Shown: piece by piece, positions 1 through 9,404 of the stretch | Position numbering within the stretch: the first letter of the stretch is position 1 | How the letters are laid out: every line of letters begins with the position of its first letter | The notes under the pieces: generated by a model | Databases searched by the model: none | What the model saw: only the letters and a program-made list of their open reading frames with translations | What the model was told of the DNA's origin: nothing | Position numbers and translations under genes: made by a program | Virus record (IMG/VR): IMGVR_UViG_3300047476_000982 | Location: 120,729-184,728 of that record | Length of the DNA stretch: 64,000 nt | From: a virus | Reading direction: 5' to 3' (one strand)

Positions 1-485
1 GATTCAAATACCCCTTTCTTTATTAGCATCCACCCAAAACCTGTATAAGCAACAGGAAATAAATCTTTCTTTTGTTTAATTGTATCTTGGTTTAAAAATT
101 CATATGTTCCGTTCTTAACAAAATAATCGTGATCCCAATTTTCTACAGTAGCATAGTGAAAGTTATTTTGCATTTTGTAAATACCACTCGCAATATCTTT
201 ATTATGATCCAGTAATTTAAAAAATTGATCAGGGTTAAATACCATATCGGAGTCTATCCACATAATATAGTCATAGTCTACTTTACCTTGAAAAGGTTTT
301 TGTTCTATGCCTTGAATACTGTCTCCACCTAAACACATATTTCTTACATAGTAAAGTAATGGAGAATAATGCTGGGATATTATAGGTTGTATTCCGTTTG
401 ATAAACAAGCATACATTAGTTCAGTCCATGATTGCAAAAATCTACCACTAAACTCTCTACCAGGAAGGCAAAATATTATTTTCAT
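1..485 (-). CDS. GT-A-fold glycosyltransferase-like phage protein (runs off window start; not in ORF track)
   Basis: Hand translation from ATG at 485: MKIIFCLPGREFSGRFLQSW...YDYIMWIDSDMVF...YTGFGWMLIKKGVFE. Has a DxD motif (IDSD) and the GFGxxLI motif of GT2-like proteins. ATGA overlap with the upstream ORF stop. Confidence 0.75.
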   Translation of the reverse strand, partial: MKIIFCLPGREFSGRFLQSWTELMYACLSNGIQPIISQHYSPLLYYVRNMCLGGDSIQGIEQKPFQGKVDYDYIMWIDSDMVFNPDQFFKLLDHNKDIASGIYKMQNNFHYATVENWDHDYFVKNGTYEFLNQDTIKQKKDLFPVAYTGFGWMLIKKGVFE

Positions 486-646
486 TTTACTATTGAATAC
501 ATTTTTATCTTTGATGTCCTATTCACTTCTTCTATTAACTTATTGATAGTTACTTTCCATTCTTGATATTCCTTCTTCTTCCTTTTATCTGGCATATCTT
601 CGAACATCTCTTCTATACGATCTACTAGATCAACTACATTAGGCAT
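482..646 (-). CDS. hypothetical protein (likely start MPNVVD at 646, TAATG overlap)
   Basis: ORF track 482..706; start trimmed to the coupled ATG. Confidence 0.55.
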   Translation of the reverse strand: MPNVVDLVDRIEEMFEDMPDKRKKKEYQEWKVTINKLIEEVNRTSKIKMYSIVK

Positions 647-912
647 TAAAAACGATTTGCAATGTTTAAAATTAGTTGTTCTTCTTCTTGAGTTAACATA
701 TTCCACTTACCATGAAGTTTATCAAGAGCATCTTCATAGAATGATTCACTAACTGAAATAGGTCCTTCTGAAATAGCTGTATTTCTTACGCTTCTTGGAA
801 GATATCCGCTATCAATTAAAGAGTCAATTAGATCTTCTACTTCACTATTAGAACATTTAGACACAAATTCATCAATATCGATGTCTACATCCTCTACATA
901 AAAACTAGGCAT
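646..912 (-). CDS. hypothetical acidic protein
   Basis: ORF track, tightly packed with neighbours. Confidence 0.65.
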   Translation of the reverse strand: MPSFYVEDVDIDIDEFVSKCSNSEVEDLIDSLIDSGYLPRSVRNTAISEGPISVSESFYEDALDKLHGKWNMLTQEEEQLILNIANRF

Positions 913-1078
913 AACTATTATTTTTATTTGTTATTAATTCTTTACATATTTTAAGTACTTCATTCCAATAAGACTGCTCCTTTATGTCCTGAACGTCTTC
1001 TAATAAACTATTAACAACTTGAATGCAATCTTCTCCATATCTTTCTACTAAAAAATTCGCTCTATCTTTTACTTGCAT
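905..1078 (-). CDS. small hypothetical protein, 57 aa (MQVKDRANFLVERYG...YWNEVLKI), similar to 47941..48228
   Basis: Hand translation fills the gap. Shares the KxxAxxLxxxY...YWxEV pattern with 47941..48228. Confidence 0.6.
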   Translation of the reverse strand: MQVKDRANFLVERYGEDCIQVVNSLLEDVQDIKEQSYWNEVLKICKELITNKNNSYA

Positions 1079-1087
1079 ATACAAAAT

Positions 1088-1843
1088 TTATCTTACTGAT
1101 CCTACACTTAATTTACCGTCTTCAATTATAAGATATTGTCCTGATGTTTCCATAGTATCTATGAAATAATATCTACCTCCTGTAAATTTATCTGAACTTT
1201 CTAAGTCGAGTCTCTTCATTTGGGTATGCCCTACAATTTGAATGTAGTCTTTGTTTAATCCTTTCTCATGCTTTTTATTTGCAACCATCAAAGCACTCGG
1301 TCTAATCCAAATCGGTGTCTGTGTTGTGTTATTACCTGTGGATTCAAAACCATTAAAGTCAAATGCTCTAGGTTTATATCTAAACAATTCATTTAGATCA
1401 ACTACAACATTTTCTTTTCTCCAATTTTCACCTTCATAAAAATCTTCATCCCCAAAGACTTGATCCATAAACACAGGACTCACACCAGCATGAGTAAATA
1501 GATATTCACCAAAACCATAAGCCATTTGTAAATGATGTCTATTCTCATCTATGACTTGCGTAATTGATGGAGCAATGCCTTTTTGAAAACCTGATGTACC
1601 TGTGTATCCTACTTCTGGAAAGTAATGATGATCGTGGTTACCTATTAACAATACTACTTCTACTTGAGGATTGTCTTCTTTATACTTTACAATCTCTTTA
1701 AAGTTATTAATCTGTTCCGCTCCACTAAACTCGAATGAGTCAAAGTAGTCGCCAATGAATATAACTCTATCAGGCTTTTCTTGGTGAATAGCTAATTTCC
1801 AATTAGATCTTCCATGAGTGTCTCCTAGTACTATCGTTTTCAT
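1088..1843 (-). CDS. calcineurin-like metallophosphoesterase
   Basis: Motifs GDTHG, GDYFD, GNHD, THAG, GHT. Start trimmed to MKTIVLG (ATGA overlap). Confidence 0.9.
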   Translation of the reverse strand: MKTIVLGDTHGRSNWKLAIHQEKPDRVIFIGDYFDSFEFSGAEQINNFKEIVKYKEDNPQVEVVLLIGNHDHHYFPEVGYTGTSGFQKGIAPSITQVIDENRHHLQMAYGFGEYLFTHAGVSPVFMDQVFGDEDFYEGENWRKENVVVDLNELFRYKPRAFDFNGFESTGNNTTQTPIWIRPSALMVANKKHEKGLNKDYIQIVGHTQMKRLDLESSDKFTGGRYYFIDTMETSGQYLIIEDGKLSVGSVR

Positions 1844-2187
1844 TTCCACAATATTTGTACCAAAATTATACATAATGCAAGAAATAAACAAATTGAAGTC
1901 TTTAGTGTTATACCTTCTTTGAATAATATCCAACTTAATATACTAAAGATAATAACTCCAATCCCAAAACCTAATAGTCTTGAAGGCCACTGCTGTCCAT
2001 GAAATGCTAAGATAAAATTTTGAACACTCTTCATGAATGCCCAACTAATAGGAAGGCCAAGGAACATAAGAGCCCAACCGAATTTGTCGGTCCAACCCCA
2101 TTTAACGCCAGCTTGTAATTGTATGAATGATAAGACTTGTCCTATGATACCATAAAGAACTCCGTAAACTAAATTTAACAAAACCAT
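1840..2187 (-). CDS. small 4-TM membrane protein (SMR/DMT-like size)
   Basis: Four hydrophobic segments in 115 aa. Confidence 0.6.
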   Translation of the reverse strand: MVLLNLVYGVLYGIIGQVLSFIQLQAGVKWGWTDKFGWALMFLGLPISWAFMKSVQNFILAFHGQQWPSRLLGFGIGVIIFSILSWILFKEGITLKTSICLFLALCIILVQILWK

Positions 2188-2199
2188 TTTATTTATTTT

Positions 2200-2478
2200 T
2201 TATTCCTCTTCTGTACTCAAATACAATCCAGAGGATTTGTTACCGCCATCTTCTGCAATGGCTTCTTTATTAATTAATTCATTGATCTCTTTCTTAATCT
2301 CTTTTATAGCATCGATATATTCCTTAAGTTTCTTTTGATCATCAGGAGAAAGTTTTGCCACTCTCTCTTTCATGCTCATAGTACCTTCAACAGGAACGGT
2401 TTCCTCTTGTGCCATTGATTCATCTTCCATCAATGATAGTATTGCTTTGCTATACTTAACTGGATCTACGTAATTCAT
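2200..2478 (-). CDS. hypothetical coiled-coil protein
   Basis: ORF track; start trimmed to MNYVDP. Confidence 0.55.
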   Translation of the reverse strand: MNYVDPVKYSKAILSLMEDESMAQEETVPVEGTMSMKERVAKLSPDDQKKLKEYIDAIKEIKKEINELINKEAIAEDGGNKSSGLYLSTEEE

Positions 2479-2488
2479 TTTGTTCTTT

Positions 2489-2692
2489 CTAATAAATATT
2501 AGACATGCGAGCAATTTCCTTTGCTACATTCTTATCTTTAATGACATGAACTTCAAAGTCGCTTTTAGATCCTGCTGCTACGATACCTGTATATCTCTCG
2601 GCAGTTGAATGCTTTACACAAGAAGTAGAATATCCTAATGCTACACGTTTTGGGTGGATCTCAGTTCCACACACTTTACAATATTTTTTCAT
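2489..2692 (-). CDS. DksA/TraR-like zinc-finger protein
   Basis: CKVCGTEIHPKRVALGYSTSCVKH resembles CxxCGxxIxxxRLxAxPxxxxCxxC. Confidence 0.55.
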   Translation of the reverse strand: MKKYCKVCGTEIHPKRVALGYSTSCVKHSTAERYTGIVAAGSKSDFEVHVIKDKNVAKEIARMSNIY

Positions 2693-2958
2693 AACTCTTG
2701 AATTTGTTTTAATAGTTCTGTAACTTGTTCAGGCGTTAAATACCCTCTAACATCTCCATTTGCTACTGGATTATCATAATGGATTTGTCCGTCTTGATTT
2801 AATACAGCAAGCTCATATAGACCTTCTCTGCCTCCATAACTATAGTTGTGTCTAACTATACTGGCTCCATATCCATTATCAAATTCTACTCTACATTGAA
2901 CTCCATTATAGAATTGATCTTTCATTTCTATAAATTCTAGATCTTTAAATGTTTTCAT
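2689..2958 (-). CDS. hypothetical phage protein
   Basis: ORF track; FDNGYGASIV...GLYELAVL segment. Confidence 0.7.
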   Translation of the reverse strand: MKTFKDLEFIEMKDQFYNGVQCRVEFDNGYGASIVRHNYSYGGREGLYELAVLNQDGQIHYDNPVANGDVRGYLTPEQVTELLKQIQEL

Positions 2959-3836
2959 TATTCAGCATTTTCTTTTTTAGCGTATTGCCTATTGTATCTA
3001 TCGGTTGTATACTTACTATCACTTTCAGATCCACCATTCTGCCAATTAAATACATCATCGATAAACTCATTAAATCTTTTAATTGTTACTGTAATTTCTT
3101 TGAGTGAATGATTATCATTAGAAATCTCTAATGTACATTTGTACTTGTTTAATTCTTTCACTTTGAATGCACTTACATACACATAATCGTAATTGCTTCT
3201 ACCTATTTGCAATTTCATTTGATGTTTGATATCTTCTAAAGTAACTTCACCAGTGTCGTAATTTCTATTGATATATTTCTTAGTGTTTAGTTCACAAGAG
3301 AAGCCAACTTTTTTGTATTGATTCTTTAATTCATTAGCAATATCATATTTTGTATTACTAATCGTAGTACGTAACTCTGCGCATTCTCTTTCCATTTTAT
3401 TTGCTTCACGATATATCTCTAAGAATGCTGGACTCCATTCATGCTTGAACTTATTTTCTATCTCTTGAAACTTAGCAGCTACAGCTCCGAATATCTGTAC
3501 ATCGGCTAGAACAAATCCGTCTTTTGCCGTAGCTCTAGAACTATACCAACTAAATTCAGCATACTTAGATCTATTTTCACTTCTATAGTCATGCATTAGA
3601 GAAATCGTACACGAATTCCAACGTGCATGCTCTTCAAATTTCATGATCTCAATCCTGTCACTAGTAGCAACTATTTTTTGAATTAAATTAGATACATTTT
3701 CTTGGAACCAAGATAAGACGGCGGCATTTTGTGTTTCATAAGCTGGCTTGACTACGTCATTTTCGTAGGCTTCTGTTTCTGATTCTTTTGTCTTGAGTTG
3801 TGCTTCTAACGCTGAGAGGATAATTTGCTTATTCAT
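2958..3836 (-). CDS. hypothetical protein, 292 aa
   Basis: ORF track; first gene behind promoter cassette A. Confidence 0.7.
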   Translation of the reverse strand: MNKQIILSALEAQLKTKESETEAYENDVVKPAYETQNAAVLSWFQENVSNLIQKIVATSDRIEIMKFEEHARWNSCTISLMHDYRSENRSKYAEFSWYSSRATAKDGFVLADVQIFGAVAAKFQEIENKFKHEWSPAFLEIYREANKMERECAELRTTISNTKYDIANELKNQYKKVGFSCELNTKKYINRNYDTGEVTLEDIKHQMKLQIGRSNYDYVYVSAFKVKELNKYKCTLEISNDNHSLKEITVTIKRFNEFIDDVFNWQNGGSESDSKYTTDRYNRQYAKKENAE

Positions 3837-3849
3837 AACCTTTATTTGT

Positions 3850-3992
3850 TTGATACATAGTAAAATTAAGACATTCCGTCGAAATAAAAAAATTTATTTT
3901 AGTCTTTTTCAAAAATTGTCGATTGAAAATCAATAAGTTATAAGTAATTGATTATCAATAAGTTATAAATGGTTGGAAATCAATCAGTTATG
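3850..3992 (-). promoter_or_regulatory. promoter cassette A with three ~22-bp operator-like repeats
   Basis: Units gattgaaaatcaataagttata (3921), aattgattatcaataagttata (3946), ggttggaaatcaatcagttatg (3971), period 25. Near-identical cassette at 7382-7526. Confidence 0.75.
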
Positions 3993-4301
3993 AGAGGTGT
4001 ACTTCAGGATTAGTTGGTCTATGATCTGTTTATCTGATTGATCAAATGACTTTTTATTTTGAACCTTTTTTACGTAGTCAATATGCTTCTCAATTACTTC
4101 TAACTTAATTGCGTAATTTGAATGCTTGACTTTATTTTCGTTTGCGAATTTATATTCGTGAGTGAGTATCTCTTTTAGTGTCTGTACTTTTCTAATATAA
4201 TTATTTTCGACTTCTTTTTTATCGAAATGTTCTTTAGCTTCCATTGCCTTAACTAACTTATCTCCCATTTTGCCTAAAGAATATTTCCTGTAATCCATCA
4301 C
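3984..4301 (-). CDS. hypothetical basic protein
   Basis: ORF track. Confidence 0.6.
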   Translation of the reverse strand: MMDYRKYSLGKMGDKLVKAMEAKEHFDKKEVENNYIRKVQTLKEILTHEYKFANENKVKHSNYAIKLEVIEKHIDYVKKVQNKKSFDQSDKQIIDQLILKYTSHN

Positions 4302-4588
4302 TCATTATTTTTAACCATGTACTTGAATATTGTTTTCTGTAGTTCTCTTAACGCCTCAGTATTTTCTCTTATGAGTTCAGCCAATCTATCTCTTTCTTCT
4401 GCAATCATGGCCATCATCTCATCTTGAAGCTTATCTACTTTTTCTTCTAAAGCATCATTCTTTTTAACAAGTCTTTGATATTGCATCCATGCAAAATATC
4501 CAAGTAAAAAAGCAAGCATACCCAAAACTCCGTATTGTAAAAAATACTCTCTTATGTGTTCTGATTCTGCTACCTGAAGTAAGGTCAT
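4298..4588 (-). CDS. single-TM coiled-coil membrane protein (holin-like)
   Basis: YGVLGMLAFLLGYFAW TM followed by a coiled coil. Confidence 0.5.
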   Translation of the reverse strand: MTLLQVAESEHIREYFLQYGVLGMLAFLLGYFAWMQYQRLVKKNDALEEKVDKLQDEMMAMIAEERDRLAELIRENTEALRELQKTIFKYMVKNNE

Positions 4589-4636
4589 ACTTTATAGTTA
4601 TTTTATATAACAATAAATATTAATAATAAAATTAAA

Positions 4637-5017
4637 CTACTTAGTACCAAACAGTTCTTTTAAACACTTTTTTGTGTCCCTTTTAGCAATTTTTGTTGCC
4701 TCAATTTCCATGGGATTTTTATGATCTGGTAGATACATTGCAAGTATCTGATAATGTTTCATGTTTTGTTTGTAGTGTATATACTCATGAATGATACTAT
4801 TTGCTAACTCATTTAAATTATCATTAGCAACCTTATCTACAAATATAACGGCATCAATCTCATCATAATAGGCTATACATCCTTCTGTATAGTAATCTGG
4901 TTTCTTAAACTCTATTTCTGGGATTGGTCTATTGAACTTAGATTTGCCATAAGTTTTTATACACCAATCAAGGATTTGATTTACGTGTTTTCTTGTAGGC
5001 TTTATTGTTAAATCCAT
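4637..5017 (-). CDS. HEXXH zinc metallopeptidase-like protein
   Basis: SIIHEYIHYKQ motif and a downstream E (NPMEIEA). Confidence 0.65.
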   Translation of the reverse strand: MDLTIKPTRKHVNQILDWCIKTYGKSKFNRPIPEIEFKKPDYYTEGCIAYYDEIDAVIFVDKVANDNLNELANSIIHEYIHYKQNMKHYQILAMYLPDHKNPMEIEATKIAKRDTKKCLKELFGTK

Positions 5018-5019
5018 AA

Positions 5020-5613
5020 CTATAAGTTTTCTTGTATAAATACTTTTTCTATTCTTTTAGGTGTTATTGAATAATCTGCTTTAAAATATCTTGGCATCTT
5101 TTCTATGATCTTTTGGTTACTGTATGGACTATTGTTTGGAGTAGCCCACTTTCTTGTAGCTAACAATCTATTGTAGAAGTAGATATACGCATTAGCTTTC
5201 TTTATATAACTATCAATATCTACATCTAAACCAAACTTTTTAATAATTCTTACAGACCTTTTTTCGTTATCTAATTCTAATTCTCTAGATACTGCCAAAT
5301 GCTTCTTGATATTAGGAACATCTTCACCTTCTAACCAAGCATCTACAAGAGGCATACTTACCATACACTTCTTCCATATATCTATTTGCTCTACCCATTG
5401 TGTAAGATGAGAAAATTCATGTGCAAGGATCTCTATCCAATCCTTCCTATTCATTGAACAAACAAGAGCTGGAGCATCTTCATCAAAGTATCCTGAGCAC
5501 TTTATATTTCCTGATAGTCTGACGTATCTAGTTTTCCTCAAATCACATTTGACTCCGTACTTTTTACATTCAGACTTTACGTATTTGACGAACTCTCTTT
5601 CCTTCTTGTTCAT
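5020..5613 (-). CDS. HEXXH zinc metallopeptidase-like protein
   Basis: ILAHEFSHLTQ motif, ELDNE downstream. Confidence 0.6.
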   Translation of the reverse strand: MNKKEREFVKYVKSECKKYGVKCDLRKTRYVRLSGNIKCSGYFDEDAPALVCSMNRKDWIEILAHEFSHLTQWVEQIDIWKKCMVSMPLVDAWLEGEDVPNIKKHLAVSRELELDNEKRSVRIIKKFGLDVDIDSYIKKANAYIYFYNRLLATRKWATPNNSPYSNQKIIEKMPRYFKADYSITPKRIEKVFIQENL

Positions 5614-5631
5614 ATAGATAGGTTTTAGGTC

Positions 5632-5955
5632 CTATGATAAATATGAACCCTTTAAGTCCTCTATATGTTTACAGCTTCTTTTATTTCCAGAAAATTTAAA
5701 AGAGTGACAATTACACTCCCAAGTTTTTCCTTTGAGTGTCACTAGGTACTTCTTACCTTTTGTGCCTTGCACGTCCCACTCGATATCTCTTTCAAATGCA
5801 GGATTCTTTCCACCTCTATGAGGCTTCTTGAACCATAGGATCTGATCTCTTGTAGTACCTTGAGGCAAATCTCTTCTCCCGTCATCATCTATTAGATAAG
5901 GACCTTTCTCGTCTATCCAAAAGAACGGAACTATAAAAGAGTGCACAATTATCAT
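5632..5955 (-). CDS. SWIM zinc-finger protein
   Basis: WECNCHSFKFSGNKRSCKHI = CxC-x(n)-CxH. Confidence 0.8.
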   Translation of the reverse strand: MIIVHSFIVPFFWIDEKGPYLIDDDGRRDLPQGTTRDQILWFKKPHRGGKNPAFERDIEWDVQGTKGKKYLVTLKGKTWECNCHSFKFSGNKRSCKHIEDLKGSYLS

Positions 5956-6173
5956 AGGAATTTAAATTTAATCAATTTTAGGATATCTTTGAAACTAAAC
6001 TCTTCAGTCTGAGGAATTAGTTTGGTAAAGTCATAGTGTTCATTTAAAGAATGCTTCCTAGCTTTCTCTTTAGTAAGATCATGCGCACTTCCAAAATTAA
6101 ATTCTTTTAACCATTCATTATACTCTAAAGAATTCTTAGGTAGAATTGTTTTCTGTACTCTTAATTTATTCAT
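5952..6173 (-). CDS. hypothetical protein
   Basis: ORF track 5952..6239, start trimmed to MNKLRVQ. Confidence 0.55.
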   Translation of the reverse strand: MNKLRVQKTILPKNSLEYNEWLKEFNFGSAHDLTKEKARKHSLNEHYDFTKLIPQTEEFSFKDILKLIKFKFL

Positions 6174-6177
6174 AGTA

Positions 6178-6540
6178 TTATTTTTTATACCCAAATGTTC
6201 TTGACATATCATGTCCGCGTAGATGATAATTAACTTCAACTACTGACTCTAAAAATATTTCTGTAATTTGGCCAGTCAATCTATCTTCAATCATAGCATG
6301 TCCTGTACCATAACGATGATCAAGGTCTATTGTATTAAAATATTCTTCGGCCTCTTCATAAGTATCAAATACTTCTGTTGTGGTATCTTCATCAGTATAC
6401 CCGTCTATAAGTTCTGAATTATGATCTCCGAACTCATCAATAATTGTAATATAAGGACTTACTGTTACGAAGAACTTATTAGGAAGTTGTCCGTCTCCAA
6501 TAATCTCTGATGCAAATGCTTTAATTTCTTTCTGGGTCAT
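6178..6540 (-). CDS. hypothetical acidic protein
   Basis: ORF track. Confidence 0.65.
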   Translation of the reverse strand: MTQKEIKAFASEIIGDGQLPNKFFVTVSPYITIIDEFGDHNSELIDGYTDEDTTTEVFDTYEEAEEYFNTIDLDHRYGTGHAMIEDRLTGQITEIFLESVVEVNYHLRGHDMSRTFGYKK

Positions 6541-6778
6541 AACCTTAATTTAAGTGGATTGTTTGAATATCTTTTGGGAAATGCGGATAAGTAACGATTG
6601 GAATTGTTAACGTCATAACTATTTATTTAATGAATAAAATTGGAATTGAAGGATCTTTTGGAGCTCCATACTTTTTGTCAAACTCTTCACGTGGAATGTA
6701 TTCGATCTCATTATCGTCTATCCACAATACTTCTACGAAATAATCATTTACGCTTAATACTTTCATACAACTTTATTT

Positions 6779-7018
6779 TTAGTCAATGTTTACTGGAATA
6801 CTTACTTTAGTAATATCTCTGCCTTCGATCTTTACAGATCTCTTATTTCCTTCTAGAATATTCTTTATAGGAATAACTCTAATGAATTCGGCATTGATCT
6901 CTTTAACTTGTCCAGTTATATCATACCAACCTTGAGAACCGCTTCCAGCTCCGTAGTCGTAGTAGATGTTAAATGTATAAGTTTTTCCTTTTTTGATTTT
7001 TGATAAATTGATTTTCAT
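6779..7018 (-). CDS. hypothetical protein
   Basis: ORF track. Confidence 0.6.
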   Translation of the reverse strand: MKINLSKIKKGKTYTFNIYYDYGAGSGSQGWYDITGQVKEINAEFIRVIPIKNILEGNKRSVKIEGRDITKVSIPVNID

Positions 7019-7029
7019 AATCTGTTATT

Positions 7030-7374
7030 TTATAAGTTTTGAGAATAAAATGCAGTGTGAGCCATGTCTTCATAGCTAGGCATATCGCTGTCGCTTTCTA
7101 ATGCTGCACCTCCGTGCCATTTAGTCATGTATTCATTCCAAGCCATACGACCTTCGTCGTATGCTTGTTCATCTTTTTTCATGTTTATTGGACTAGCAAA
7201 TATGAAATTATCTTTGTCAATAACAAAATTAACTTGACAGTCTGGAAACATTTCGCTGAAAGCTTTATGATTGGCCTCAGCAGTTGCATAATCGCCTTGA
7301 ACAGTTATTGTACTGTCAATGACTGTCTCTTTAGTAATGTAGTTAAAAACGAAGATCTTGATATCCATATTCAT
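7030..7374 (-). CDS. hypothetical protein
   Basis: ORF track; first gene behind promoter cassette B. Confidence 0.65.
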   Translation of the reverse strand: MNMDIKIFVFNYITKETVIDSTITVQGDYATAEANHKAFSEMFPDCQVNFVIDKDNFIFASPINMKKDEQAYDEGRMAWNEYMTKWHGGAALESDSDMPSYEDMAHTAFYSQNL

Positions 7375-7381
7375 TATTGAT

Positions 7382-7526
7382 TTGATACATAGTAAAATTA
7401 CGACATATTTTTGACATAAAAAAATCTTTTTAGTCTTTTTTTAAAAATTGTCGATTGGAAATCAATCAGTTATGCAAGTGATTGAAAATCAATAAGTTAT
7501 AAAGTATTGGAAATCAATAGGTTATA
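7382..7526 (-). promoter_or_regulatory. promoter cassette B with three ~22-bp operator-like repeats
   Basis: Units at 7453, 7480 and 7505 (ttg[g/a]aaatcaat[a/c][a/g]gttat). Flank ttgatacatagtaaaatta...aaaaattgtcgattg is shared with cassette A. Confidence 0.75.
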
Positions 7527-7554
7527 TATATAAAGAAACTATATATATAAGTGG

Positions 7555-8307
7555 TTAGGTTCTGATGTCTATAAATTCTGATCCGTCATCTTGATCCTTG
7601 TAGTCTATAAGGTCTTGGTCTTTGAACAATATATCTCCATCTCCTTCTAGTCCAAGCTTTTTCAAATGTTCATAGTAAAAGTCATCAAGCTGATATAATT
7701 CTTGTACTTCTTCTTTTACTTCAGGACTATCTATAGGAACAGACTCTACTCTTTGTATCATCTTATTTGAGAACGGATCTCCCACATAAAGGAAATGACA
7801 ATTGTAACAAAGCCATTGTAAATTTTCAAGTCTCCAATCACTCTTCTTTCCGTTTTTAAAACTAAGTAATAGTGGAGCTTTCATATCTGTCAATCTTTTC
7901 TCTGAGAACTTACACGATGAACATTGGTATCCAAGTCTACCATCTTTCATTAAAGCTTCTTTGAGCTTTGCTATTCTCTTTGAATTAATAGGTTGGCTCT
8001 CTTTAAGCATTTCATCTAAGTCAACTTTCCACTTTGAACCCGCAAGATTTTTAGGTACACCTTTACCAGGAATATTTTTATGTAATTCAAATAAACTCTT
8101 TCCTGTTTCTTGATCAATATAAGACTTAGCATATTTCTTATATGTTATGTCTGTAATACCAAGCCATCTAGCAGCTTCTTTATTACTACGACTATTTGCC
8201 ATAGCTTCTCTAAGTTGCTCTTCTGTTAATTGAAGCCCTTTATTCCACCACGTATCTGGTCTGGCTTCTCTAGACATATTTTCTTTCGTAAAGAAACCTT
8301 TAGGCAT
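7555..8307 (-). CDS. HTH + HNH-like endonuclease domain protein
   Basis: N-terminal SRSNKEAARWLGI (HTH-like); CSSC...NGKKSDWRLENLQWLCYNCH (HNH zinc motif, first His degenerate). Confidence 0.7.
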   Translation of the reverse strand: MPKGFFTKENMSREARPDTWWNKGLQLTEEQLREAMANSRSNKEAARWLGITDITYKKYAKSYIDQETGKSLFELHKNIPGKGVPKNLAGSKWKVDLDEMLKESQPINSKRIAKLKEALMKDGRLGYQCSSCKFSEKRLTDMKAPLLLSFKNGKKSDWRLENLQWLCYNCHFLYVGDPFSNKMIQRVESVPIDSPEVKEEVQELYQLDDFYYEHLKKLGLEGDGDILFKDQDLIDYKDQDDGSEFIDIRT

Positions 8308-8707
8308 CTAATTTAGGATTTAGTTTACACATTAAATGCCAAAGATCATATGGGTTTTCAAGTATGAGTTCGTCTTTGTCATTAATTATTATTGGATTCA
8401 ATGTGCCGTCGCTATTAACTCTTTCGTATAAATAGAAACTAATTACTTCTGTGCATTGTTTACCAAAGTGCATATAGATAAGAGCATCTATAACAGTAAA
8501 GAACTTCTCATCATAATCTGCAAAGTCTAGACTTAGGTCTGCGTACATAATGTTTTGTCTAACATTTAATTCATCTAGGCTATTCATCATGTTAAAAAAC
8601 AACTCTCTCTTCTTATCAACCTCAGTCTTTTTCTTTCTTCTTATTACAGTCTTTGTTCCAATTATAGAGTCTACTCCTAATTGAATTTGTTTAAAATCAT
8701 TCTCCAC
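8300..8707 (-). CDS. hypothetical protein
   Basis: ORF track. Confidence 0.65.
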   Translation of the reverse strand: MENDFKQIQLGVDSIIGTKTVIRRKKKTEVDKKRELFFNMMNSLDELNVRQNIMYADLSLDFADYDEKFFTVIDALIYMHFGKQCTEVISFYLYERVNSDGTLNPIIINDKDELILENPYDLWHLMCKLNPKLDA

Positions 8708-9053
8708 TGTCTTTAGTTTTAGTTGTAAATTTTCTTGTCTTATTCTTTCCTTGAAGAGATTGAATTATATTCTTAATGTGTGTACACATTTCATAGTTCT
8801 CTTCTTCAATATACCATAACAAGCACGTCTCTAAAGCCTGAACCCAATGGTTTTTATGGATCTCTATATAGCTATTTGTTTCATTTATCTCAAAAATACA
8901 AGCGTATAATTTCTTATTAACTATAGCATACTCTATAGAATTAGGTACATGGATCTTTAATAAAGATTTAAGTATTTCAGATTGTGAAACGTCTTCTGCT
9001 GTAAGATGTTCTGGATTGTCAAATAAAGCTCTAACAACTCTTCTTTTTACCAT
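8697..9053 (-). CDS. hypothetical protein with UVR-like C-terminal helix
   Basis: EEENYEMCTHIKNII resembles the UvrB/C EdyExAaxxRD motif. Confidence 0.45.
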   Translation of the reverse strand: MVKRRVVRALFDNPEHLTAEDVSQSEILKSLLKIHVPNSIEYAIVNKKLYACIFEINETNSYIEIHKNHWVQALETCLLWYIEEENYEMCTHIKNIIQSLQGKNKTRKFTTKTKDSGE

Positions 9054-9070
9054 AACTAATTAATTTTATT

Positions 9071-9385
9071 TTAAGCTCCGCCTTTCATGGCTTTAATTAA
9101 TAGCATTGCCACAGAATTTAATGGCACAATAAAGCCGATAACGTTTTTATATGGATTACGATCATCATAGTCGACCATAACACCAGAAGCTCCAAGCTTC
9201 TTTTGTAGGGCAACACTAATTTCATTGGCAAGCATTTGTTTATCTCTAGGATCTTCAAGTTCTTGTTCTAATACGAACTGCATTTTAACTCCAAGCTTAG
9301 TTGGATTATCGTTAACATCAAACCTAAGTTTGTATTTCTTTCCTGCTACTGTTATATCGAATAATGGATTAGCTGCCTTTGCCAT
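9071..9385 (-). CDS. hypothetical protein (start MAKAANP)
   Basis: ORF track trimmed; ATATTTAT motif 10 nt upstream. Confidence 0.6.
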   Translation of the reverse strand: MAKAANPLFDITVAGKKYKLRFDVNDNPTKLGVKMQFVLEQELEDPRDKQMLANEISVALQKKLGASGVMVDYDDRNPYKNVIGFIVPLNSVAMLLIKAMKGGA

Positions 9386-9404
9386 TGTTTTTATATAAAT
9401 ATGT

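Noticed and set aside
3921-3992. CRISPR mini-array
   Set aside because: Units are ~22 bp with only 3-5 bp between them (no spacers) and no cas genes; the 22551 nuclease is a generic PD-(D/E)XK.
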